A stretch of DNA of 64,000 nt from the human T2T-CHM13v2.0 reference genome, Homo sapiens (GCF_009914755.1 NC_060931.1), one strand, 5' to 3'. Counted from the stretch's first letter, positions 15,276-41,919 are shown. Made by a program: numbers and translations. Notes: a model not told the origin generated them from the sequence alone.

Positions 15276-16264
15276 TAGGAATGAGATACTGTCACCACTT
15301 CTATTCAACATAGTGTTAAAAGTTCTAACCAGAGCAATTTGGCAAAAATGAAATGAAAAGAAAAGAGAAAAGAGAGAAAGAGAGAGAGAGAAAGAGAGGG
15401 AGAGAGGGAGGGAGGGAAAAGGGAAGGGGAAGGGAAAGGGGAAGGGGAGGGAGGAAGGAAAAGAGTGTCCAAATTAGAAAAAAATTAAACTTATCTCTAT
15501 TTGCAGATAGATTTTATATTCTAAAACAGTAAATACGCCACTGAAAATGTATTATAACTTGTCTGAGTGTGGTGGAGCATGCCTATAATCCCAGCACTTT
15601 GGGAGACTGAGGCAGGACAATCACTTGAGCCCAGGAGTTTAAGACCAGCCTGGGCAACAACGTGAGACCCCATCTCTACAAAAAATAAAATAATTAGCCA
15701 GGCATGCTGGCATGCCTGTAGTCCCAGCTATTCAGGAGGCTGAGGCAGGAGGACTGTTTGAGTCCTGGCAATGGAGACTGCAGTGAGCTATAACCGTGCC
15801 ACTGCACTCCAGCCTAGACAACAGGGTGAGACCCTATCTTGAAAATTTTTTTTAATAAAAAAAATTACTAGAACTAATAAATGAACTTGGCAAAATTATA
15901 GGATACAAAATCAATACACAAAAATCAGATGCATTTCCTTCCTTCCTTTCCTTTCCCTCCCTCCCTCCCTCTCTCTCTCTCTCTCTTTTTCTTTCTTTTC
16001 TTCTTTCTTTCTTCCTATCTGTCTTTTTTCTTTTTGAGACAGGGTCTCACTTTTTCACCCAGGCTGGAGTGCAGTGACACGATCATCACTAACTGCAGCC
16101 TTGACCTCCCAGGCTCAAGCAGTTCTCCCACCGTAGCCTTCGGAGTAGCTAGGAGGGACTACAGGTGCTCATCACCATGCCTGGCTAATCTTCCCCCTCC
16201 CTCCTTCTCCTCCCCCTCCCCCCTCCCCCCTCCCCTCCCCTCCCCTCTCCTTTCCTTTCCTTGA

Positions 16265-16567
<303 letters not shown>

Positions 16568-16854
16568 TAGAGATGGCATTTCACTGTGTTGCCCAGGCTG
16601 GTCTTGAACTCCTGGCCTCAAGTGATCCTCACTCTTCAGCCTCCTGAATTGCTGGGATTATAAGTGAGGGCCACCATGCCTGACTTTAGCACCACTTATC
16701 TTGACACATGAAAAAGATAAACCATTCTGTTCCCACTGTTCCTGCCATCTGGTGGTCTCTTACTTGCAGCTGTATACACTCCTAACTGATGTACCTGTAA
16801 TTCCCTGCTGTCCACCACCTGACTATTAGCACCCCTTCTCCTACTGTTGCCCCA

Positions 16855-17012
16855 CAGCAGAGTCCTCAACCTCAACACTACGGACATTTTCAACCACAGA
16901 ACTCTCTTGTGGGGGCTGCCTTGTACATTGCATGATTTTAACAGTATCCCCGGCCTCTTCCCACCTAAAGCCAGTAGCATCCATTGCCCAGATATGATAA
17001 CCTAAAATGTTT
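16855..17012 (-). mobile_element. MER20-like hAT DNA transposon fragment
   Basis: ctcaacctcaacactacggacatttt...gtgggggctgccttgtacattgc. Confidence 0.55.
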
Positions 17013-18873
17013 CTTGGCTGGCACAGTGGCTCACACCTGTAATCCCAGCACTTTGGGAGGCTGAGGCGGGCAGATCACTTGAGGTTAGGAGTTCATGACC
17101 AGCCTGGCCAACATGGTGAAACCCCATCTCCTAAAAATACAAAGATTAGCTGGGTGTGGTGGCACATGCCTGTAGTCCCAACTACTTGGCAGGCTGAGGC
17201 AGGAGAATCACTTGAACCCGGGAGGTGGATGGAGGTTGTAGTGAGCCAAGAACACACCACTGCACTCCAGCCTGGGCAACGGAGCAAGACTCTGTCTCAA
17301 AAAAAAAAAAACAACAATATTTCTATACTTTCCCAAAAGCCCCACTGGGGCAAATCTGGCCGAGAACCACCACCCTGCAGGAAGCCTGTGCTAAGCCAAC
17401 TAATCTGCTCCCTCCACCCAGCTCTGCTATAACCAAGCCAAGCCTGTCTCTCAGGCTTCTCCGGGCCTTCCCAACGCCTGCGCATACAATCTCCTTGGCA
17501 GTGAGGATTTCTACCACCACCCAGGCCTGAGTGTTCTCTCCCTCCTCTGGCCATGATAGCAGGGGTTGGCTGTCTCCCTTGGCACTTGGCCTAACCATCA
17601 CTGCATTCATGCATTTTGCTTCTGAAAGCTGAGGTCCTGGTTCCCGGGGCGGGGGCCATACCTCCTACACCAAGAATCCTTGAACCTATAGGGGTCCAAT
17701 TTGTACATTTCGGTGATTGTATTAGGTACTTCGCTTCACGAATACAGCTGCAGTCAGGACCCGTTGCTGTCAAAGCCATAGACTCAGGACTGTGTGACCC
17801 TCCATCTCCCCACTGCTGGAACAGCCACAAGCAGTTCAGGAGCCTGGTCCCCCAGCCCACTGCTGAGGAGAAGGGCGTGTTGGTCCATGGAGGGGATGAG
17901 GCAGGCTGAATCTATAAAGGGTCGGGGGGTCCCAAGTACTTCCTGAGGGCTCCCTGAATGGGAGGATGGGCAGCTCTGCCCTGACTGTTGCTCCCAGCAT
18001 CCCAGCTGCAGGTTCTGATGGAAGAGGGTCTTAGCCTGGGCAGGGCTAAGATGGTGAAGCCAGACCACTAGCAGGGGTAGCCACCAGAAATGGAGATCAC
18101 ATGTCAAGGCTGAGGGGAGGCAAGGTCTGGGGACTGGCCCTACATGCTTACTCTCTACTGTACAAGCATCAGTTGCTTCTCACATTCGTCCCAGCCCTGC
18201 AAGCTGATGGGTAGCCTTCATCCTGGACCCTTTGTCTTCTGTGATGGTCCCCCTCAACACAAAACTGCATTTTCTAACCTTGAACCAACAAGTTGTACAG
18301 TGAGCTGTGGGGAACAAAAGGGGCCATGAGAGGGGCCTGAAGCAGGGTCTCCCAGATGGGAGCAGGCATGGGCCCCTGCCTACTACGCCTGATACCCCTG
18401 GCCTTGACAAACATGAGACCCGTGGAGGATGAGGATGAGGGCTTCCTGTCTGAGCCCTGAGTCATGGAGGTGACACAGAGGGAGGGTCCTGCCTGCTGCA
18501 CGGGGGGCACAGAGTCCAGCTCCATGCGGTGCTATTCCTACCACATCCTTCCCTCTGCTTTTAACTGGAATTAGTCCTCAAGAGCCTCAGGCAGTAGAAA
18601 GGTTGTGAAAAGAGAATTACCTCCGGGGCATTAAGGATACTCTCAGGGAAAAGCTTTTAATGAACCACTGGACTCAGGAACACACAGATATGCAACTTGG
18701 CATGGTCCTTGCCTCCGAAGAGCTCCCACATCAAGGTGGGGACAGGCCCCAGCAATTAGAGCTTCATGAGGTCAGAGCAGCATCAGACACACAGAGGAGG
18801 ATGCCCAGCCCAGGCTGGCGCTCAGGAAGACTTCCTGGAGGAGGCCACGCGTGGGTCAGAGAGGTCTCACAAC

Positions 18874-19053
18874 CTAGGGTTGCACATTTAGCAAATAAAA
18901 AGCAGGATGCCCAGCTATACTGGAATTTCAGAGAAACAGTGAATATCTGTTTTAGCATATGTCCCAAATATTGGACAGGACACGGTTATGCTGTAAAATT
19001 CCTCATTATTTGAAATTCCAATCTAGCTAGACATCTCCTACTTTACCTGGCCT
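18874..19053. mobile_element. MER53-like MITE
   Basis: agggttgcacatttagcaaataaaaagcaggatgcccag...ctggcctccc with imperfect inverted ends. Confidence 0.55.
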
Positions 19054-20334
19054 CCCACGTCACCATGACTTTCGGATTAAGTGTTGGGCTCAGAGAAGGG
19101 ATGTGACAGGGAAGTTTCATATCCAGGACTTGAACCTAGGTATCCCACCTCCAATTCCAGACTAGAGTCTGACAGACACAGCACCTCCCCTCTACCACTT
19201 AGCCAAGTGACATTGGGCTGGCTAGTTAATCTAAGCTTTTGCCAATCTGCAAAATAAATGTGTGTGGTGGATATTAAAGCCTTGCCTCTCAAATGTGGAC
19301 TAGAGACCAGCACCTTTGGGCTCACCTGGGACGGAGGTGAGAACTCAAATGCAGAACCCCAGGCTGTGCCCTAGACGTATTCTCGTGGAAGTATGGAGAC
19401 ACGTCCCAGAAGGCAATGGTGGATTCAACAGGCATTGGGAGGTGCTAGCACAGAGCTGGGCTGCAACAGGCGTGCCAGGTGCCTGAGCCACTTCGGCCCC
19501 TACAGGAACCCTTGGAGGGGACATTTTACCCCCACTTACAGGTGAGAACCTAGAGAAGGCCAAGAAAAGTGACATGCCTTCCCTGTATGAGACCATACAG
19601 TCAGAAAGTGGCCATCATGGTCTGACCTGGCCACTGTGCCCACAGAGCACCTGGGACATTGAGGCGAGCCACAGCAGGATGCTGCGTGGTGGAGGCAACC
19701 CTTGGGGTGTTCGTCGGAAGACCCCCTTGATGTGCCTTGTTCTTTAGCCCACTGTTGCCACAGATACCCTCAGTGCATTCTACGCCAAACCTACTGCAGC
19801 TCAGCAGGTTTGCGGATAGGCTGGAGGGATAACAAGACACTGGATGCATTGAGTTCTGAAAGCATTTCAGGATAAATAAACTAAATACTGTGCATTTGCC
19901 CAGTGTCATGCCTGGCACAGAGCAGGTCTGCTTGGCCAAGGCACCTTCCTCTCTGCAATGATGAACCACTCCTTCCCTTCCTTACCCTTGTAAACATGGC
20001 TGTGAGGAATGGAAGAGCAGCAACTCACAGCCTGTTCCACAAGGCAGGAGTCTTACATAATGATGTTCCTGGGGAAAAGGATGACAGCTGACGGGGCACC
20101 TTCCCTGCTCAAATTCAACTTTATCACCATTGCCTCTTGGGGCCCCGCCCCTGAAGTCCAAAGTCTCACAACTAATTCCCCCAAAGCTGAGTCATTCATC
20201 CTTAGCAGATGCAGGCAGAGAATCCGCTGGGCTGGGAATGCACCCTGAGCCTTTTGTGCTCCAGGTCCAGAGGTTTCTGGGCACACCACTGTCCTCCCAT
20301 CTGCTATCACCAGCTATATCATCAGAATGCTGTT

Positions 20335-20608
20335 GGCCGGGTGTGGTGGCTCACGCCTGTAATCCCAGAACTTTGGGAGGCCGAGGCGGGTGGATTACCC
20401 GAGGTCAGGAGTTCATCCTGGCCAACATGGTGAAATCCCATCTCCACAAAGATACAAAAATTAGCCAGGCATGATGGTGGGTGCCTGTAATCCCAGCTAC
20501 TCAGGAGGCTGAGGCGGGAGAATCGCTTGAACCCAGGAGGCGGAGGTTGTACTGGGCCGAGATGGCGCCACTGCACTCTAGCCTGGGTGACAGAACAAGA
20601 CTCCATCT

Positions 20609-20643
<35 letters not shown>

Positions 20644-20654
20644 AAAAAGAAAAA
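20335..20654 (+). mobile_element. AluS with a long pure A tail (A32 at 20610-20641)
   Basis: Alu consensus; agaatgc flanks on both sides. Confidence 0.9.
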
Positions 20655-21567
20655 GAATGCCCTTGTTTTCAAAAACCCTCCATCTTCTGTATCCTTTGAA
20701 TTTTTAATATGTGACTATTACATTTTTTTAAAAAATCAAATTTTCAGCCCCCACTGCATATTTTGGTAACAACCCTCTGGTCTTTTCACCCTCAAATGTG
20801 CAGGGATCCCTCCCACCCCAGGGAATTTGCACATGCTGTCTCCCCTGCTAGGATTGCTGTTCCCTCCCACCCTTCCCATCTCAGCATAAACCTCACTTTC
20901 TCAAGGAAGGCAGCATTCTCTCCAACTGGGTGAGGGCCCCTTATAGCCCTCCAGTACCCTGAACTCCCAACATGACTATTGAGCAGTCTGCATTGGCTGA
21001 CCATCTCTGCTCCTTGCCTCATAGACTGTGCCTTGTCCATCTGATTCCAGACCATAGCACAGTCCACACAGCCAGGCACCCATTCAGGTATACATGTGGG
21101 CAAAACTGTGCCAGCCCAGAGTGGAGAGGCCACTGCATTCTCCTGACCTTCCTGCTTCAGCCCAGGGCGTCACCAGCCTGAAAACCATCCAAGCTTCTCT
21201 GCTGTTTAGTGAAGCCTTAGGCTTCCACGCAGCATGTGCCACACCTCCTTCCTCCCTTCCAGGCCCACATGCCCTCTGTGCTGTTTGGCCCTGGACAGCC
21301 CTAGGTTCATTTGCCCATAGCACACATACCCTCATCCAAGGCCTGCCCCAGTCCTGATTTGCACATTTGTGCAAAGGGCACAGGCTTTGGCCAGACTAAG
21401 TCCAAGAGGCCAACCCTGAGTGCCTGTTTGTTCACACGTAAATGGGCACATGGTACCTGCCTCCCAGGTGGGGTGTTGAACGAGCCATTTATACTTACTT
21501 TCTCTCTGTAGTCTCAGGACACGAAGATGGACCTTCCTGTTCTTTATTTTTTAAAGATAGAGTCTCA

Positions 21568-22110
<543 letters not shown>

Positions 22111-23583
22111 CTAAAACATAGAAATAGCTTCCCCCAGGGATGCCGTTAGGAGGAAGGAATGTACACTTTGAACAAACAGCCGCCATATCTTTACCCAAGC
22201 TCCTCTGCTCCGGGCCCAGACCCTGCTATCCCCAGGCAGGAATACAGCATAAGGCTGGCTCCATGTTCCTCCACCCCACCCCCCAAAGAAGGAAATCACT
22301 GGGGAAACCAATCTCCTCTCCATCAGGGTGGCTCTGGGATACAAGCTCTTGGTAGGGTGTGCTTGGAAGTGACAGGGTCAGAGAGATAAACATAGTGGAG
22401 ACAGACTGTGCATCACTTTAGAACACAGCTTGGCCAAAAGATCCAGAGCACTCACTGTCCCCAGGACCAGCCTCAGCACTCCATGAAGCCAGGTGGGAAG
22501 GCCAACCTAGGGCAAGGACCAGGCCTCAGCACTGCAGGCACTCTCTGCCCTGTCTTGTCTTCCAAGAGGTGGCAGCGATGCCCACTGATAGGGTCTGTGC
22601 AGTTGACAGATGTCTCCCAGCAGATGCTCAAATGGTTGCTCTTTATCTCCAGTTCCATTAACTCTTTGTCCTTCTGAATACTGCTAACCACCAAACTGCA
22701 AGAATATCGTCTGCAGCTCCTTAGCAGCTCTAGTTCACACCTGCCCAGAAAGTACCACTGTCCTGCCCCCATCATACACACTGGCTTCGTGGAAATCCTT
22801 GGGTGTTAACAGAAGAGGAGCAGGGATCATGGAGGCCCCAAATCTCGGGTCCTGCTAGCTTCAGTCCTACCATGACCAAAGACACAGACTCCTTCGTCTC
22901 TGTATAAGCTTTTGCCGAGAAAAAACTTGGTTCTTTCTAAAATACTCAGGCACTCTCCTAGTTTCTCCCCACTCTCCTGCTGCCCCAACCTCCTCATGCC
23001 CCCAGCATGGCCTTGTGACGCCTGGTAAGCAGGTGACATGCAATCTAGGACCCCAAGCCAGCAGAGAAGCCCAGCCTTCAGGCTGAGAAGGCAGCTGGAG
23101 AGCTCAGGCCAGGGCATAAGGGACAGTACACATGTGTGTATGTCACACCACCGCTTATGCACATAACACACAGACACAGCTCACACATCAACAGTTGTTC
23201 AGAAAGGGACCAGCAGATAGCTGCCCCGGCTCCTCTAAGGAAGAGCAGGCAGCTTCCCCCCGAATCTACATGTGCGTGTGCTCGGGGAGAGGAAGGCTGG
23301 CGGTCAGGAAGGCCCATCTCCCAGCCTGATCCCAGGCAGCAGGGCTGCAGGAGCTGGGCAGGAAGGCTCTGGGCCGGCCATAGCCACCTGCCAGCAAGGG
23401 CAGGCTTCTCTTCTCATGGCTGGGGCAGCTCGGCACAGCTGACCTCTGCTGGCCAAGTGAAGCACTGCATGCAGCCACAGAGCCAGGCACAGCTGTCTTC
23501 CGAAGTTTCCCGACTCCTGATGTTTTGGGGATTCAAATAGTCCTTTTCATATGCTGGAGGCACAAACTGGGGCAGCTAAAATT

Positions 23584-23589
23584 TTTATT
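23584..23589 (-). terminator. DDX56: DDX56 polyadenylation signal AATAAA
   Basis: tttatt on + strand ~180 nt past the stop codon. Confidence 0.8.
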
Positions 23590-23765
23590 CTGTTGTCAAG
23601 GGGCAAGATGCCAGCTTGGAAGTGCCAAGGAGCTAAAGGGCCCAGCACTGCCGGCCCCAGAACTGTCTGTTCAGGCTGTGCAGTAAGCACCAGAGCCTCG
23701 CCTGTCCACGAAGGGTGTAAGCCTGTGCTCCACAATGTGCTCAGCTCCAGAGAGGCCCAACAACC

Positions 23766-31659
<7,894 letters not shown>

Positions 31660-32199
31660 GGCGCTGCTCAGTAGCGCAGCACGCACGCGCTGCAGGAAAA
31701 ACGCCACCGACGCGAGCGGGAGCAAAGCAACAACCAATCGGCTTCGGAGACGAAGTCACTTCCCGGAAGTGCTGGCGCCTAGGCTTCCGGTACTCGGACG
31801 GAGCTCTGCGACTGCGCAGTCCCTAGGACTGGGTCTAGTAGGAGGCGGTGGAGCGGCCGTGCTGGGGTCGACGGGGTACTTTGGACTACAGAGCCGCTCC
31901 ACTGGCTCTTCCGGCGTTCCCGGACGCCGCTGACGCACCTGATTCTCGCGACCTGCAGGAGAAGCCTCGGCCGGGGCGAGGGCCGAGGTCGTGACGGGCA
32001 TGACCGTCTCTCTGCTTGGTTAGGGTTAGTGTCCCGCCGGGCACATCACCCTATGAATGGAGCCACTGAGATAGACTGGGCTGAGGAGAACCGGTTGGAA
32101 TAATGAGCCATGGCAGCAACTGCCTGAGAGAGAGGACCGGCGGGTTGCTGTAGGGCTCCCTAACCGGACTGCCTGTCAGAAACCTGCACAGCTTGGTTT

Positions 32200-32970
32200 C
32201 TGTTCTTTGTGTCCCAAATCTGACTCGGGTCACCAGTTAAGACCCGTGTCAGACTTCTGACCTACAGACTTGCGTCGTTTTAAGCCAGTAAATTTGTGGT
32301 AATTTGTTACAGTAGCAATAGGAAAATAATACAGGTGAGGACTAAGAATCCTAATCACAAATCTTTTTTTTTTTTTGAGACATGGTCTGACTGTCACCCA
32401 GGCTGGCGCGACCTCAGGCTCAAGTGGTCCTCCCACCTCAGTCTCCTGGAAAGCTAAGACTACAGGCACGCACCACCACGTCCAGTTAGCGTGTATGTAT
32501 GTATGTACGTACGTGTGTGTGTGTGTGTATGTGTATATATGTAACTCCTCCTCCCCTCCCCCCTCCCCTTCTCTTCTTTTCTTTCTAGATGGGGTTTCGC
32601 CACGTTGCCCAGGACGGTTTTGAACTCCTGGGGCCAAGCGATCTGCCTTCCTCGGCCTCCCAAAGTGCTGGGATTGCAGGTGCGAGCCACTGCTCCTGGC
32701 CCATAAGTCTTTCAGTGTAGAAGAGGGAAGCAGAAGAGGTCAAAGTGGTGCCATGTGAGAGCTCAACCCACCCTTGCTGGAGGAAGGGAGCCAGAGCCAA
32801 GCTGGAAAAGGCAAGGAAACAACCTTTGTGATTACATTAGGCCCATCCAGATGATCCAGGATAATTTATTTTACAGTCATCTGATTAGCAACTTAATTCT
32901 CTTCTGTCATGTTAGGTAACATATTCATATGTTTCAGAGTGGTAGGCCATTATTCTACCTACCATACCAC
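32200..32970. mobile_element. MLT1 (MaLR LTR) fragments interrupted by an Alu (32364-32702) with a TG/TATG microsatellite in its linker
   Basis: tttaagccagtaaatttgtggtaatttgttacagtagcaataggaaa and gattacattaggcccatccagatgatccagg are MLT1 hallmarks. Confidence 0.6.
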
Positions 32971-33368
32971 CCAACACAAATCTACATTAAGACTATATCT
33001 GAGTGTTGCACAGGAATCTATGTCAACAAGCTTCCAGGATGATCCTGTGCATCCTATCTGATGCAGCCCAGCATCTGAGTACCAGAGACTAGCATCTGGC
33101 TGTTAGGTTAGGAGAGATCAGCTCATGCACCAACAGGTAGTCATGCTGGGACCAAATGATGAAGATAGGTACAACTAGTCCCAGTGAGAGCTGGGGAATT
33201 GGGCTGGGATAATAGAGGATGTTAAGAATGGAGTGTCCCCTCAACCCCAGAACTTTTTTTTCTTTTTTTGTGGTAAGGAGGGAGAAGGCTGTTTGGTAAG
33301 GATGTTGTAAACTCTGAGAAAGCAAGAATTTCAAAAGTCAAGGGTAGTATTGGGGGGAAAATCACTAG

Positions 33369-33629
<261 letters not shown>

Positions 33630-34734
33630 TGACCTTGTGATCCGCCCGCCTCGGCCTCCCAAAGTGCTGGGATTACAGGCGTGAGCCACCGCGCCCAGGC
33701 CCTAACTGCTGTTTTTTAAAAAACTTTTTAGGTCACAACCTATCTGTAAATATGACACACCAGTATGGAAATCCTTATTCTTCTCACAGCCACCAGCTAT
33801 TGGCCCATCCACTGACTATCCCAATTCCACCTGCCTTATCAGTGGAAAGGTGAAATGTATGCCCACTTTTTCCTCACACCATTCCCCTTTCTATCAAAAA
33901 CTACCAAGAGAAACCCAGGACCTACCAAAATAGTTAAGATGTGCTCCACTGTGTCTACTGCCAGCCAAACCTGTTGAAGGCTGGCTCAACCCTAATCTGT
34001 GCCTTCCTGTCTTCTCACAAACGTAGTCTGATTTGCTGGCTAGATTTCTAGTAACAGCCACAGAGCAGAAATGTGTCCCTTCCCAATATGTCACATAATC
34101 CCCAAGAGCCTCAGGCCAGAAGTCCACAACATGTAACTAGTTCAAAGGATATAATTTTTCTCTGCATTAATTCTAACATGAGGAATACTGAAAACTCTTT
34201 TAAACATCTGAAGAATTTCAGCAATTCACAATTCACCTTACTGGAGTGTTACACTGTCATCCAGATTTAGAAACAGGAGGATATAAAACTATTAAATGGA
34301 AAAGCCTAGAGAACTAAATTGCATTTTTTTTTTTTTTCTGAGACAGAGTCTCCCTCTGCCCCCCAGGCTGGAGTGCAGTGGCTCGATTTCTGCTCACTGC
34401 AACCTCCTCCCGGGTTCAAGCGATTCTCCTGCCTTAGCTTCCTGAATAGCTGGGATTACAGGCACACACTACCATGCCTGGCTAATTTTTATACTTTTAG
34501 TAGAGAGGGGTTTTCACCATGGTGGCCAGCCTGGTCTCAAACTGCTGACCTCAGGCGATCCCCCTGCCTTGGCCTCCCAAAGTGCTGGGATTATAGGCGT
34601 GAGCCACCCCACCTGGCCCTAAATTGCGTTTTTTTTTTTGTTTTTTTTTTTCAGATGGGATCACTGTTGCCCAGACTGGAGTGCAGTGGCACGATCATGG
34701 CTCACCGCAGCCTTGACCTCCCGGGCTCAAGTGA

Positions 34735-35093
<359 letters not shown>

Positions 35094-35096
35094 TCA

Positions 35097-35454
<358 letters not shown>

Positions 35455-36084
35455 TCAGAAGTTGAGGCAGAACTGCTTGAACCCGGGAGGCAGAGGTTGC
35501 AGTGAGCCAAGATCATGCCACTGCACTCCAGCCTGGGCGACAGAGCAAGACTGTCTCAAAAAATAAAATAAATAAAAATTTTAAAAATACATAAATATAT
35601 ATATAAATAGGTACATATATGGTATAGGACATAAGAAATAACAAAAGGAGAAGAATTTAGTTCTGTAGGTCAGATAATTTAATAAATATTTCAAATAAAT
35701 ATATAATAAAAACTGAAATAAAATGTCAAGAATGGGGAACTAATGGTATTAAGTTTTATATAGAAGGGCATGAGGGAAGTGTATTAAAATTTGTTCAAAT
35801 TTATGACTGAGAGGGCTAAGAAGGTACTTAATTTCCTCAGATGATACTTTGCGAACATGTGGTCTATTTGGTTGACCTTTGCAAATAGTTGAACAACCAC
35901 ACCGTGTATTCCCATACCCCCTAGACTGCCTGTCCAGGCCAAGCCTTAGTACCACAAGTCCACAGTGAAGTCCACTCCAGGTTATCTGCATAGGTAGCCC
36001 AGGCACCTTTCCTCTTTTCCTTTAGGTGCCTCCCCTCTACCCACAACCTCTTATTTCATCTCAAACACAGCTATTACAACATGT

Positions 36085-36090
36085 TTTATT
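36085..36090 (-). terminator. TMED4: TMED4 candidate polyA signal AATAAA (an alternative distal ATTAAA lies at 35678-35683)
   Basis: tttatt / tttaat on the + strand downstream of the stop codon. Confidence 0.55.
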
Positions 36091-36389
36091 TCACTGGAAA
36101 ATTCTGTAAAGAACTAAATCTGGTTCCCTTGAAGAAAACATTTAGCACAGCTTAAATAAAAGTTGAGAAGGAGGGTAAGAGTGCATTGCCCCATTCTAGC
36201 TCTGTTGCTACCTTACCTCTGACTCTAAGGCCCTGTGGGATGAAAAGCAGGTATCCAAAAGAACTCTGCTTGGCCCTCTGATACGGCCTTGAGGTCAGCC
36301 CTGGTGCCTGCTTTCTGGCCCACAGACCGCTGAAATCCTAGGAGCTGCCATGGGAGTTACCAAAAATATGTGAATAAACTGAATGCAGA

Positions 36390-36657
36390 GGCTGAGGCAG
36401 GTGGATCAACTGAGGTCAGGAGTCTAAGACCAGCCTGGCCAACATGGTAAAACCCCATCTCTACTAAAAATACAAAAATTAGCTGAGCGTGGTGGCGGGC
36501 ACCTGTAATCCCAGCTACTCAGGAGACTGAGGCAGGAGAATCATTTGAACCCGGGAGGCAGATGTTGCCAGTGAGCTGAGATCACGCCATTGCACTCCAG
36601 CCTGGGCGACAAGAGCAAAACTCAAAAAAAAAAAAAAAAAAAGAAAAACAAAACCCA
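36390..36657 (+). mobile_element. 5'-truncated AluS within the probable TMED4 3'UTR (antisense in the mRNA)
   Basis: Alu consensus; TSD GAATGCAGA at 36381-36389 and 36658-36666. Confidence 0.85.
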
Positions 36658-37234
36658 GAATGCAGAAACTGCATTGGTATTTTGAGCTAGTTACAGGCAG
36701 TAACACTTCTACTAGGAAGGAAAATATATAATTTATCCAAAAATAGTTCTAAGATATAGAAAAACATCTCAATCCTCTAGGGCCAAGACCTGCCCCTTAT
36801 TTACATTCACAAAGCCATTAAGTGAACCCAGAACTGACCAGCAGACAGTGAGGCAGGGCCTGCTCTGTGGCACATGCCAGTCACCTACTGCGTAAGTGGA
36901 CAAAGAGAAAGCAGAAGGTAATGGAGAGAGTTTTCATTTGCTTATTTAGTGAAAAACAGAGGAAAATCACTCGAGGCAAAAGAAGCAGGACTGAGTCCTG
37001 GGTTAGTTCTGATTCCTCACAAGCCCTAAGACAAGATTTTGAAAGATTGGACTAATGTCATGTGTCCTTAAGAACCAGGGTCAGCAAGTGGCTGATCTGA
37101 ATGGTTTGTGGCCATGGAACCAATGTGACTTATTCTTTTTCATTTTTTTCCCTAAAAATCCAGGTGGATAAAGGACTGTGTGGGGAAAGTACCAAATAAA
37201 TGAGGTAAAAAGGAAGGGTCATACAAAGAGGGCA

Positions 37235-39962
<2,728 letters not shown>

Positions 39963-40497
39963 CGCGCCTCAGCCCCTAAGCGCCTGCGCACATTTGCGCA
40001 TCGCTCTGCGCCTGCGCGCCACCCTAGCGACCCTGAGAGTTAGGGGAAGAGGACGCCTGCGCAGTGATATGTACTCGCCGTCTCCTGCAACTCCATCCGT
40101 ACCGAACACTGCCGCGCCCCGCCCCCTCACACAGCCCGGCGCCCGCCTACCCCCGCAACGAGAGTAGAGGGCGCATGCGCAATGACGTTCGCCCTTAATT
40201 TCTCGCCCCTTACCCCGCAGCTTACCTCCGGCATCTCGCAGGGGAGGCACGCCTGCGCAGTCACGCCCGCCCTCGGCCCCAGTCAGCGATTTGGGTCTCG
40301 GAGCACCAAGGAGACGGTGGACGGAATCTGACCAGGCTTGGTGGCTACGATGGCCTGAAGCGTGCCTTTTGGGTTCTCAGCTCGGGCTCACAAGTGTTTT
40401 CTGTGCTAAATACAAAAAGCCCTGTGATGTTTTGCTTTGCGTGTCCACCTATCTGACTCGTAAGAACCGAGGCTGAATCCAGACCCACACTCTGTCA

Positions 40498-40719
<222 letters not shown>

Positions 40720-41610
40720 CTACAAAAAATTAACCGGTGTGGTGGTGTGCGCATGTAGTCCCAGCTACTTGGGAGGCTGAGGCAGGAGAATCGCTTGAAC
40801 CCAGGAGGTCGAGGATGCATTAAGCAGTGATCGCGCTCCAGCCTGGGCGACCGAGGGTGATACCTTGTCTTAAAAAAAAGGTGGGAGAGTGGAACGAAAA
40901 CTTGGAATAAGTAGGGTCATGGAGCTTGTTTACATCCCCTAGTTACAGCACATCCTTTTGAAAGTGAAAAACAAACTGGAATGTTACTTAGTGGGCATGG
41001 AATCGAAGCAACGGAAGGTTAAAACTGTTTTTATCAAGGCCAGGCGGGCGCGGTGGCTCACGCCTGTAATGCCAACACTTTGGGCGGCCAAGGCTGGTGG
41101 ATCATCTGAGGTTAGAAATTCGAGACCAGTTGGGCCAACAAGGTGAAACCCCCGTCTCTACTAAAAATACATTTTATCAACAGAATTTCGAAACTTTTAT
41201 ATAATAGAATAATTACAATGAACTTTCATAAAGAACTTGAGCATACCTGGATTTTGGTATCCGTAGGGGTCCAGGAATTATCCCCCTTGGATAATAACGG
41301 AGGGCTGTACTCATCATCCAACTTCAACAACAGTTTGCTGCCTTTCTCATTTCATGTATCCCTTTCTGCATTTTTTTTTGAAGTGCTGTATATTAAAGCA
41401 AATCCTGGACATCATGTCATTTCACCTATAAATACGTCAGTGTGTGTCTCTAACAGATAAGGACTTTATACTATTATCACACCCACCAAAATTTTAAAAA
41501 TTATTTAACATCACTTAATACCTAGTATGTGTTTAATTTTCCCCATTGCCTTAAAAAATTTTGTACATTAGATATTTAGGGTCCAAACAAGGTTTACTTA
41601 CTGCATTTCA

Positions 41611-41919
<309 letters not shown>

